Positions 16,830 to 25,091 of a DNA stretch of 37,486 nt are shown piece by piece. A program made the position numbers and the translations under genes. How positions within the stretch are numbered: the stretch's first letter is position 1; each line of letters opens with the position of its first letter. The DNA comes from a virus (Duplodnaviria > Caudoviricetes). The DNA lies in IMG/VR virus record IMGVR_UViG_3300017909_000959, positions 1 to 37,486 of that record, one strand, 5' to 3'. The notes under the pieces were generated by a model. The model saw only the letters and a list, made by a program, of their open reading frames with translations, did no database searches and had not been told where the DNA came from.

Positions 16830-18360
16830 CACATTAGTACCAACACTTAAATTATCTCTTGAGATGACCCGCGTACTTTCTGATATAGAATACAACGGGT
16901 TACGAATCAATCTTGATACGTTAGATAGGATACGTGAAGAGTATCAAAAAGAGATGGACGAGCTGCAGATAAGATTAGTGACCCTAGCTCGTGATGCAAT
17001 GGGGGATACTCCAATCAATCTGGCTAGTCCTGACGATAGAAGTATGCTCCTTTACTCTCGTAAGGTAAAAGACAAAGCACTGTGGTCGCAAGTATTCAAT
17101 CTAGGACACGAGATGCGAGGGGCAACAAAGAAACCAAAGATGCGTTCGCGCATGTCTCGTAAAGATTTTACAAGAAGTGTACGGGGTATGACAGACGTTG
17201 TGTACAAAACTGTCGGAAGTCAGTGTCACAACTGTCACGGTGAAGGTAGGTACGCCTACATAAAGAAGGACGGGACAGAAAGTTCTATGCGTCGAATATG
17301 TAAAGTGTGTGATGGTAAAGGCATCAAGTATGAACGCACACGCGAGGTTGCCGGATTTAAACTTATACCACGTGGTGTTGCTGATGTAGCATCTGCCGGA
17401 TTTAAAGCAGACAAAGTAACACTAGAGGAACGTAGACAAGATTTGACAGGAGATGCAAGAGAATTTGTAGAGGCGTACGTCAGATACAACGCCCTGCGTA
17501 CTTATCTGAGTACCTTTGTAGAAGGAATGGAAAACAATGTGGATCAATATGGTTTCATACACCCAGAATTTGTTCAGACGATTACAGCGACGGGTCGCCT
17601 TTCGTCTCGCAACCCGAACTTTCAGAATATGCCACGAGGTAATACCTTCGCTATACGTCAGGTGGTGGAGAGTAGGTTTGAGAACGGTAAGATACTTGAG
17701 GGGGATTACTCGCAACTAGAGTTTCGTGTAGCGGGTTTCTTATCGAAAGACGGACAAGCGTACGCGGATGTAATCGATAAGTTAGATGTACACAGTTACA
17801 CCGCAAACATCATTGGTTGTACGCGACAAGAGGCCAAAGCTCACACTTTCAAGCCTTTGTACGGTGGTGTCACGGGAACGGAAGACCAACAACGATACTA
17901 CCGTGCGTTCAAAGAAAAATACTCTGGAGTAACGGAATGGCATGAAAGCCTACAAAAAGAAGCGGTAAAAGAAAAACAAATAACTTTACCATCTGGTAGA
18001 CAGTATGCTTTCCCAGATGCACAGTGGACACGATGGGGTACAGCTACAAACAGAACTGCTATATGTAACTACCCTGTTCAAGGTTTTGCAACGGCAGACC
18101 TACTGCCTATTGCGCTAGTTAAGTTGTATAGTTTAATGAAACAAAATAATTTAAAATCTGTGCTTTGTAACACAGTACACGATTCAATTGTAATCGACGT
18201 GCATCCAGACGAAGAACAGATCTGTGTGGATTTGATGAAGGAAGCCATGCTTTCTTTGCCAAGTGAGACGGCACGACGATATAATGTCGAGTACGACATG
18301 CCTGTTGAAATAGAATTAAAGATGGGTGTGAACTGGCTTGACTTATCTGTGGTTGCCTAG
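16822..18360 (+). CDS. polA: Family A DNA polymerase domain with a DnaJ-like Zn-finger insert
   Basis: TATGRLSS, DYSQLEFR (motif A), RQEAKAHTFKPLYG (motif B), NYPVQG, VHDS (motif C); CHNCHGEG and CKVCDGKG; GTG at 16822 preceded by GAGGAG. Confidence 0.92.
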   Translation: MSSTLVPTLKLSLEMTRVLSDIEYNGLRINLDTLDRIREEYQKEMDELQIRLVTLARDAMGDTPINLASPDDRSMLLYSRKVKDKALWSQVFNLGHEMRGATKKPKMRSRMSRKDFTRSVRGMTDVVYKTVGSQCHNCHGEGRYAYIKKDGTESSMRRICKVCDGKGIKYERTREVAGFKLIPRGVADVASAGFKADKVTLEERRQDLTGDAREFVEAYVRYNALRTYLSTFVEGMENNVDQYGFIHPEFVQTITATGRLSSRNPNFQNMPRGNTFAIRQVVESRFENGKILEGDYSQLEFRVAGFLSKDGQAYADVIDKLDVHSYTANIIGCTRQEAKAHTFKPLYGGVTGTEDQQRYYRAFKEKYSGVTEWHESLQKEAVKEKQITLPSGRQYAFPDAQWTRWGTATNRTAICNYPVQGFATADLLPIALVKLYSLMKQNNLKSVLCNTVHDSIVIDVHPDEEQICVDLMKEAMLSLPSETARRYNVEYDMPVEIELKMGVNWLDLSVVA

Positions 18361-18366
18361 TATAGT
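18338..18366 (+). promoter_or_regulatory. Internal sigma70 promoter upstream of the SSB-like gene
   Basis: TTGACT-17-TATAGT. Confidence 0.65.
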
Positions 18367-18401
18367 ATATCTACGAGCCTTAACGAAAAGGAGTAAAAGT
18401 T

Positions 18402-19253
18402 ATGGACGGAACTGAAATACAAGTAATGGACGATATCGATAACATAGTTGCCGCGTTTCAAAACGACGACGACGCAAAACTTATGGAACTGAGTGGTCAA
18501 GGCGATGCCCCAAAGAAAACTGGGTTGCCAAGATTAAGCATTAACTATGAGACTGACACAGACGATGGGCTTTCACTGCCGCGAGGTGAATGGAAGATAT
18601 TTTTAGACGGTAAGTTTCTGTATGCTTCAAAAGTTTCTTTACGCCCGTTGTTGCGGACGTACGAATACAGCCTTTGGGATCAAGAACAAGAAACCTTTGC
18701 TGCCAAGTCTGTGCAAAAGACAGGGTTGCAAGGAGACTTTCCTGATACCACGGGTACAAGTAAATGTGGACGTTTGACACGAGATGAAGAAAATGCTTTA
18801 TCCGAAGATGACCCCGCCTTTATACACTCACGTAACGTTGTGTGTAATCAAATAATCTACGGACAAATTTCCGGTACGTTTTACGACGCAGAGAAAAATC
18901 CAACTGCTTTGGATAAAGTTCCTGTCGTTGCGTACTTCAAACGATCAGGTTTCAAGCCTGTTGCCGACGCTATTGATTTGCTACGTAGAAATAATAAACT
19001 GATGCAACGAACTTCTTTCGACTTGACCACCAATCGAATGAAGAAAGGTTCAGTAGTTTATTACGTGCCTGTCCTCAAAGAGGGTCAGAATGTAGACATA
19101 ACTGCCAACGATAAAGAGTTGATGGGAATGTTTGCGGAGACAGTAAAGTCTCACAACGAATATGTTATGAAGGAGAACAGAGAGTCACTTAAAAGGACTG
19201 TGTCTGACGAAGATGTAGACCTTGCGGATGATTTCAATGTTGACGCTGCTTAA
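18402..19253 (+). CDS. Putative single-stranded DNA-binding protein
   Basis: Position after pol, LPRLSIN motif, acidic C-terminus (DEDVDLADDF), AAGGAG RBS. Confidence 0.55.
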   Translation: MDGTEIQVMDDIDNIVAAFQNDDDAKLMELSGQGDAPKKTGLPRLSINYETDTDDGLSLPRGEWKIFLDGKFLYASKVSLRPLLRTYEYSLWDQEQETFAAKSVQKTGLQGDFPDTTGTSKCGRLTRDEENALSEDDPAFIHSRNVVCNQIIYGQISGTFYDAEKNPTALDKVPVVAYFKRSGFKPVADAIDLLRRNNKLMQRTSFDLTTNRMKKGSVVYYVPVLKEGQNVDITANDKELMGMFAETVKSHNEYVMKENRESLKRTVSDEDVDLADDFNVDAA

Positions 19254-20118
19254 CATACAGGACTTCTTAGAACGTGCAATAAAGGGGGAGACAAAGCTCT
19301 CCCCCGATTTAATTGAACAGTTCGTAGTTGACTGCCGTACTTCTGTCGAAAAGCAAATGAGAAGACAAGATGGCGAATGGCGCATACGTATGTCCGGACT
19401 AGGCAGACCGTTGTGTCAACAGATGCTTGATAAAGAGAATGTAGAAGAAAGCATGGAGTACAATGCTATTCTTCGTTTTCTTTTTGGAGACATCACAGAA
19501 GCTATTCTTATGTTGGTTATGAGACAGGCAGGAGTAAACGTAATTGATTTCCAAAAACCGTGTACGCTTGAAGTAGCAGGACACACTATTCACGGCACTC
19601 TTGACGTTATAATAGAAGAGAACGGTGAGATAAAAGTGTGGGACATAAAGTCCGCAAGTGATTGGGCGTTTAAAAATAAATACGCACACGGGTACGACAA
19701 ACTACTTGAGGAAGATCCGTTTGGATATGTAATGCAAGGCTACCTATACAGCGAGGCAGCCGGATATCCTTTCGGTGGTTGGATTGTTGTAAATAAATCT
19801 AGTGGAGAGGTGATGCAAGTAGAAGTACCCTCTTGGCGCGATGACAAGCCCGCGTACTTGAAAGATGCAGAGCGTAGGGTAAAGTACCTTGTGAACCCCG
19901 ACTCCAAGTTTATACGCGGTTATACGGCCCAGAATGAGACGGTTAAAACAAAAGGAGAAACTATACCTACAGGAAACAAGCTGATGCCAAAAGAATGTGG
20001 GTTTTGTGGATACAGACAACACTGCTGGCCTAAAGCTGTGTTACACGATAAGGTTACATCACGCGCAAAGTTTCCACCAAAAGTTTGGTACACTAATTTA
20101 AAGACCACGAGTGTGTAA
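19237..20118 (+). CDS. PD-(D/E)xK Cas4/RecB-like exonuclease
   Basis: RMSGLGRPLC, GTLD, WDIKSAS, QGYLY, CGFCGYRQHC Fe-S-type cysteines. Confidence 0.8.
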   Translation: MLTLLNIQDFLERAIKGETKLSPDLIEQFVVDCRTSVEKQMRRQDGEWRIRMSGLGRPLCQQMLDKENVEESMEYNAILRFLFGDITEAILMLVMRQAGVNVIDFQKPCTLEVAGHTIHGTLDVIIEENGEIKVWDIKSASDWAFKNKYAHGYDKLLEEDPFGYVMQGYLYSEAAGYPFGGWIVVNKSSGEVMQVEVPSWRDDKPAYLKDAERRVKYLVNPDSKFIRGYTAQNETVKTKGETIPTGNKLMPKECGFCGYRQHCWPKAVLHDKVTSRAKFPPKVWYTNLKTTSV

Positions 20119-20502
20119 ATGACATACCTCATCGTACCATCTTACAATTTACAATTGATAGAATTAAACGACAGTCTTCGTCACGTGTACGTGGAATCAG
20201 ACAAACGTACGGGCGGTGGCAGAGAAGTAGTTAAGATACGTAACAGCGGTAAAGGTTTTCCTTTAACGTTGAGGGATAACTTTTCTGAAAAAGGATATCT
20301 TACGGTATCTTCGGAAGCAAGTGACATCCGACGTGTGGAGAGTGAAATTGGAAAGATAGCATCGGCAGCAATAGGAATGGGAGTTTTAGTTTGCGTACCA
20401 ATACAGCAATTAGCGCAAGAGATACAACAAATAGAAAAGTCTTCCCCGCGTCTGGCAGGGTACGTTACAAAGAGACTAAAATCTATCCAACTACTCCGGT
20501 GA
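20119..20502 (+). CDS. Hypothetical protein (127 aa)
   Basis: Abuts the upstream stop; GTGA overlap downstream. Confidence 0.65.
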   Translation: MTYLIVPSYNLQLIELNDSLRHVYVESDKRTGGGREVVKIRNSGKGFPLTLRDNFSEKGYLTVSSEASDIRRVESEIGKIASAAIGMGVLVCVPIQQLAQEIQQIEKSSPRLAGYVTKRLKSIQLLR

Positions 20503-20894
20503 AAGCAGTGAAGAAATACGGTGGATACAGATCTCAGTTTGAGTTGAACATAGCACAGACCCTTGCTAAGAAGGGTGTTAAGTTTGAATACGAAAGTAAG
20601 AAGCTTGTGTACATACCTGATCCGCGTACGTACACTCCAGATTTTTATATTGTTTCTACGGATATATACATAGAAGCAAAAGGACATTTAGATAAAGCAG
20701 ACAGGGTAAAATTATTGCTTGTAAAAAAACAATATCCTGATATAGATTTACGTCTGTTGTTTATGAATTGTAGAAATAAAATATACAGAGGTAGTAAGAC
20801 AACGTACGCTATGTGGGCAACGCGTTACAACTTTCAATGGGCAGAGGGTAGCATACCTTCTGAATGGTTAAAAAATGAACGAGTACGAAGATAA
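20499..20894 (+). CDS. T7 endonuclease I-like Holliday junction resolvase
   Basis: YRSQFE, YTPDF, IEAKG, DLRLLF, TTYAMWA; start probably GTG 20499. Confidence 0.88.
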   Translation: MKAVKKYGGYRSQFELNIAQTLAKKGVKFEYESKKLVYIPDPRTYTPDFYIVSTDIYIEAKGHLDKADRVKLLLVKKQYPDIDLRLLFMNCRNKIYRGSKTTYAMWATRYNFQWAEGSIPSEWLKNERVRR

Positions 20895-21225
20895 GTTAGA
20901 AAAAGCGTCGCTTCTACCTGATAGATATTATATAATTTTAAAACAGGGGAATGCCCCTGATATTTTTTCTGTGGTGGCGTACGATACAAACGAACACAAT
21001 GAGGAGTATGACATCGATACAATGCCAGCAGGTATGGCAATACAACACGGGCTTCTGTCTTATTTAAAAGACAGTGTCTCTGATGTTTTTGATAAAGGTG
21101 TAGCAGAGATAGCTTTCAAGTTTGTTGCAGATGATATGGTTTCCGACATACAAGAGGGTAAAGAATTGCTTCCTAAAAATATGACTAACAACGTTATAAA
21201 AGTAGATTTTGGAAAGAAACAATGA
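20875..21225 (+). CDS. Hypothetical protein (116 aa)
   Basis: Operon-coupled ORF; C-terminal NVIKVDFGKKQ. Confidence 0.65.
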   Translation: MNEYEDKLEKASLLPDRYYIILKQGNAPDIFSVVAYDTNEHNEEYDIDTMPAGMAIQHGLLSYLKDSVSDVFDKGVAEIAFKFVADDMVSDIQEGKELLPKNMTNNVIKVDFGKKQ

Positions 21226-21515
21226 CACAAGAACGACACGAAAAATACATGGTAAGAAGAACAAGAGAAGAGCAAGCAAACGCTCAATCAGATGTAATTA
21301 AAAACCCACCTCACTACGAGCGTTGGGATATTGAACCAATTACGTTCATTATGAAAAACGACATGCCCTTCTGGATGGGTAACGTAATAAAGTACGTGGC
21401 TAGAGCAGGGGCAAAAGAGAATACAGATGAGGTAACTGATCTGGAAAAAGCAAAACGATACATTGACATGAGAATAAATCAACTAGAAGGGAGAGAACCT
21501 AATTATGCTGAGTAA
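21222..21515 (+). CDS. DUF3310 protein (T7 gp1.7-like nucleotide kinase family)
   Basis: NPPHY, IEPI, GNVIKYVARAGAK, DLEKAKRYI. Confidence 0.85.
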   Translation: MTQERHEKYMVRRTREEQANAQSDVIKNPPHYERWDIEPITFIMKNDMPFWMGNVIKYVARAGAKENTDEVTDLEKAKRYIDMRINQLEGREPNYAE

Positions 21516-23436
21516 TATGTTACCAACTTCGTACCAACAGTTTATACACAAATCTAGATATGCTCGTTGGATAGATTCCGAACAGCGTCGTGAGAACTGG
21601 GATGAAACAGTAGATCGATACATGAGTTTCATGTCAAATCACGTAAAGACAAAACACGCAGTTGAGTTGTCTAAAACAGATGTGGATGAGATACAAGAGG
21701 CTATACTAAATTTAGATGTAATGCCTTCTATGAGAGCTATGATGACAGCAGGAGCAGCCCTTGCACGTGATAACATTTGTGGATATAATTGTTCTTATAT
21801 TCCTGTTGATAATCCTCGTTCTTTTGATGAGTGTATGTATATACTTATGTGTGGAACGGGAGTAGGATTTAGTGTAGAACGAGAAAACGTAGATAAGTTA
21901 CCTATAATAAGTGACACGTTTAACGAGTCAAACACCGTGTTGAAGGTAGCGGATAGTAAGCCGGGATGGGCAAAAGCATTCAGAGAATTGATTGCCTTGC
22001 TGTACGCAGGACAAATTCCAACTTGGGATGTCAGCGCAATACGTCCTGCAGGGTCACGTTTAAATGTTATGGGTGGACGTGCATCAGGCCCACAACCTTT
22101 GGTAGATCTATTTACCTTTTGTGTAGAGATATTTCAAAAAGCAAAAGGTCGTAGGCTGTACCCAATCGAATGTCACGACATCATGTGTAAGGTGGGAGAA
22201 GTTGTCGTCGTCGGAGGTGTTCGTAGGTCTGCACTAATTAGTTTATCTAACTTAAACGACGATCAAATGGCTCATGCTAAATCAGGCCAGTGGTGGGAGA
22301 ATGAAGGGCAACGAGCCTTGTCTAATAACTCTGTGGCGTACAAAGGTAAGCCAGAGATAGGAACGTTCATGCGTGAGTGGCTAGCTCTGTATGATAGTAA
22401 GTCCGGTGAGCGCGGTATATTCAATCGTGATGCAGCCGACAAACAAGTTGCAAAGAACGGTAGACGTGAAACAGGACACATGTGGGGTACTAACCCGTGT
22501 TCAGAAATAATCTTACGTCCGTATCAGTTCTGTAATCTTAGTGAGGTAGTCGTACGCGCAAGTGATGACCTTAATAGCTTGAAACGTAAAGTTCGTATAG
22601 CCACTATTCTAGGCACACTTCAATCAACTCTTACTGACTTTAAATATCTGAGGAAAGTATGGAAAGACAACACAGAAGAAGAACGTTTGTTAGGCGTATC
22701 ATTAACTGGTATTATGGATCACGCAGTTTTATCGAAAACTGTAGACAGTCCAAAGTGGTTAAACGAGATGAAACAAGAGGCAGTTCGTACAAACAAAGAG
22801 TATGCCCAGATGCTTGGAATCCCACAGAGCGTTGCCATTACTTGTGTAAAGCCGTCGGGTACTGTGTCTCAACTCGTGGACGCAGCTAGTGGTATTCACG
22901 CAAGACACAATGATTACTACGTACGGACTGTACGCGGAGATAACAAAGATCCACTAACACAGTTTCTAATAGAGTCTGGAATACCTTCTGAGCGCGATGT
23001 AATGAAACCTGATTCAACTACTGTATTTAGTTTTGTTATGAAATCTCCTACAGGTGCAGTAACACGAACACAGATGACAGCTATTGAACAGCTAGAGCTT
23101 TGGAAGAATTACGCCTTGAATTGGTGTGAACACAAACCATCTATTACTATATCTGTTAAAGAACACGAGTGGATGGAAGTCGGAGCTTGGGTGTACGAGA
23201 ACTTTGATGTTGCATCAGGTGTGTCTTTCCTGCCACACTCAGATCACACATATCAACAAGCTCCGTATCAAGACATCAATGTAGATGAGTACAAAGAGTG
23301 GATGCAAGTACATGGCAACACGACTATTGATTGGAAGAAGTTGACAGACTTTGAAAGAGAAGACAACACGTCTGGTTCTCGTGAGCTTGCATGTACGGCA
23401 GGAGTTTGTGAAGTTGTAGATTTAAGTGCTGCGTAA
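21505..23436 (+). CDS. nrdJ: Class II (adenosylcobalamin-dependent) ribonucleotide reductase
   Basis: PSMRAM, GYNCS, TNPCSEI, CNLSEV, CVKPSGT, C-terminal CTAGVC; no beta-subunit gene nearby. Confidence 0.9.
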   Translation: MLSNMLPTSYQQFIHKSRYARWIDSEQRRENWDETVDRYMSFMSNHVKTKHAVELSKTDVDEIQEAILNLDVMPSMRAMMTAGAALARDNICGYNCSYIPVDNPRSFDECMYILMCGTGVGFSVERENVDKLPIISDTFNESNTVLKVADSKPGWAKAFRELIALLYAGQIPTWDVSAIRPAGSRLNVMGGRASGPQPLVDLFTFCVEIFQKAKGRRLYPIECHDIMCKVGEVVVVGGVRRSALISLSNLNDDQMAHAKSGQWWENEGQRALSNNSVAYKGKPEIGTFMREWLALYDSKSGERGIFNRDAADKQVAKNGRRETGHMWGTNPCSEIILRPYQFCNLSEVVVRASDDLNSLKRKVRIATILGTLQSTLTDFKYLRKVWKDNTEEERLLGVSLTGIMDHAVLSKTVDSPKWLNEMKQEAVRTNKEYAQMLGIPQSVAITCVKPSGTVSQLVDAASGIHARHNDYYVRTVRGDNKDPLTQFLIESGIPSERDVMKPDSTTVFSFVMKSPTGAVTRTQMTAIEQLELWKNYALNWCEHKPSITISVKEHEWMEVGAWVYENFDVASGVSFLPHSDHTYQQAPYQDINVDEYKEWMQVHGNTTIDWKKLTDFEREDNTSGSRELACTAGVCEVVDLSAA

Positions 23437-23447
23437 AGGAGTAAAGC

Positions 23448-23639
23448 ATGAAGAAGTTAGCATTAGAGAATTATTTGACTAGATTTATAAGGTATGTTAT
23501 AGATTGGCGTAAAACACGTAGAATAATACGACAGTTACAAGAGCTGCCTGATCATACCCTCGAAGATATGGGGATACGTAGACACGAAATAGAAGGTCTA
23601 GCATACACAGAGTTACAACGAAGGAACTATGAAAAGTAA
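23448..23639 (+). CDS. DUF1127 (YjiS/CcaF1-like) small protein
   Basis: WRKTRRIIRQLQELPDHTLEDMGIRRHEI fits the W...RR...L..L.D..L.D.G..R..I pattern; AAGGAG RBS. Confidence 0.8.
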   Translation: MKKLALENYLTRFIRYVIDWRKTRRIIRQLQELPDHTLEDMGIRRHEIEGLAYTELQRRNYEK

Positions 23640-23799
23640 AGCGTGGCGAATCTGGGCGAAGACAATTGGAAGCAAGATATCAAATGATGAACACGAAAGC
23701 GATGTTGCTGCTATGTTGCGTACTTTTTGGGTTCTTACTCATTTGGTAGCTTGTTTCTTTATTATTGCACACAACGGTGTTAAACTGGGATGGTTTTAA
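23629..23799 (+). CDS. Small membrane protein (56 aa, MKSKAWRIWAKTIGSK...)
   Basis: Read manually; AAGGA RBS; hydrophobic C-terminal half; stop abuts the next ATG. Confidence 0.65.
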   Translation: MKSKAWRIWAKTIGSKISNDEHESDVAAMLRTFWVLTHLVACFFIIAHNGVKLGWF

Positions 23800-24024
23800 A
23801 TGGAAGACAAAATAAAAATAAACGATAAAGAATACGATGTAGAGTCTCTTGATGATACGCAGAAGTATTATGTAAAGCAACTGCGAGAGCTGAAACAAAA
23901 AGAAGCAGACTTGCGTTTCGACATGGATCAGGTGCTTGCAGCTCAACAAGTATTTCGTAACATGCTGATTATGTCCACAGAGAAGACAGATGATAAAAGT
24001 ACAGATAACACCTCAAATACGTGA
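23800..24024 (+). CDS. Small coiled-coil protein (74 aa)
   Basis: IKINDKEYDVESL followed by a coiled coil. Confidence 0.7.
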   Translation: MEDKIKINDKEYDVESLDDTQKYYVKQLRELKQKEADLRFDMDQVLAAQQVFRNMLIMSTEKTDDKSTDNTSNT

Positions 24025-24469
24025 AGCTGCTAAAAAGAAAGCTGCCTCTGTAGGTGTGTTACAGGGCAGCATAACTGGAAGTCAAAGCAACGAAGTAGGA
24101 TGTATTGGTGAGATAATTGTAGCAGAATACGCAGGAGCTACAATGGTAAACAATCCAAACTACGATTTAGTTCTAGATAAGAAACGGATTGACGTTAAAA
24201 CAAAACGTTGTAACACGCCCCCGCGTACTTACTATGATTGTTCTGTTTCTGCACACGGTTCAAAACAAAAGTGTGACTCGTACGTTTTTGTACGAATACT
24301 TACTGACTTGTCGTGTGCGTGGATACTTGGAGAGATATCGAAAGAAGACTTCTACAAAAAGGCTACCCGATACAACAGAGGGGATCTGGATGTAGACAAC
24401 GGATACATATTCAAAGCAGACTGTTACAACTTAAAGATAGGTGAGTTAAATGAAGTGTTGGCATTGTAG
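23990..24469 (+). CDS. PD-(D/E)xK nuclease-like protein
   Basis: GCIGE...YDLVL...IDVKTK. Confidence 0.6.
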   Translation: MIKVQITPQIREAAKKKAASVGVLQGSITGSQSNEVGCIGEIIVAEYAGATMVNNPNYDLVLDKKRIDVKTKRCNTPPRTYYDCSVSAHGSKQKCDSYVFVRILTDLSCAWILGEISKEDFYKKATRYNRGDLDVDNGYIFKADCYNLKIGELNEVLAL

Positions 24470-24605
24470 CACTGAGCTAATATGGGGTGGTGATCACGAC
24501 ATTGAAGATGAAGACGACACGTACTCTATGGTAACAAACCTATCGTGTCCTAACTGTCACAGTCACGTAGACGTGTACTACCCGAAAGAAGATGCAGATG
24601 TCTAG
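24450..24605 (+). CDS. Small Zn-ribbon protein (51 aa, MKCWHC...LSCPNC)
   Basis: Read manually; two CxxC motifs and an LIWGGD segment. Confidence 0.7.
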   Translation: MKCWHCSTELIWGGDHDIEDEDDTYSMVTNLSCPNCHSHVDVYYPKEDADV

Positions 24606-24825
24606 AAAACCTAAAAAAACAAAACTGTTTCAACTAAATGTCTTTCTAAGACAAGACGGAAGAATAGAAACAGAATATGAGTCTGTAGATCCAAAAGAGC
24701 TGGCAGAAGTATTCCAGAGTAACATTCCGGAAGAAGACTTGAGCCAGCCCTTTTTTAATTACATAACGTATTTACGACGTGTAGCCGACGACGTACAAAG
24801 AGGTACGCAGGGTTACTTTGTGTGA
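24592..24825 (+). CDS. Hypothetical protein, last gene of the plus-strand operon
   Basis: ORF track; overlaps the preceding gene. Confidence 0.6.
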   Translation: MQMSRKPKKTKLFQLNVFLRQDGRIETEYESVDPKELAEVFQSNIPEEDLSQPFFNYITYLRRVADDVQRGTQGYFV

Positions 24826-25091
24826 ACCTTGCCACCGTGTAACATCTTCTTCTTCATCTGACCACCGTAAGCCATCTTGCCTTTTCCGTCGGCAGCAAAG
24901 AACGGAACTTTCTTTCCATCTTTCTCCACCATCTTTAGCTTACCGCCACCAGCCATCATAGGCATACCTGTCATAGGCTCTTTCTTGGAAGGTTTTGGTG
25001 CGGACATCATCATGCCGCCCATGTTCATTGGTTTGCGTACAACGCTACCGTAAGCCATACTTTTGCGTTGTCCATTATTGTACATCTTCAT
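24813..25091 (-). CDS. Met/Lys/Gly-rich small late protein
   Basis: AAGGAG 7 nt before ATG 25091; repeated MxxGG; KVPFFAADGKGKM. Confidence 0.7.
   Translation of the reverse strand: MKMYNNGQRKSMAYGSVVRKPMNMGGMMMSAPKPSKKEPMTGMPMMAGGGKLKMVEKDGKKVPFFAADGKGKMAYGGQMKKKMLHGGKVHTK

Noticed and set aside
20391-20498. N-terminal extension of endonuclease I overlapping the upstream gene
   Set aside because: GTGA start/stop coupling at 20499 is a better start; the extension comes from longest-ORF calling
20181-20687. 168-aa minus-strand ORF and similar antisense ORFs within long genes
   Set aside because: Fully antisense to well-supported genes; no motifs or expression signals
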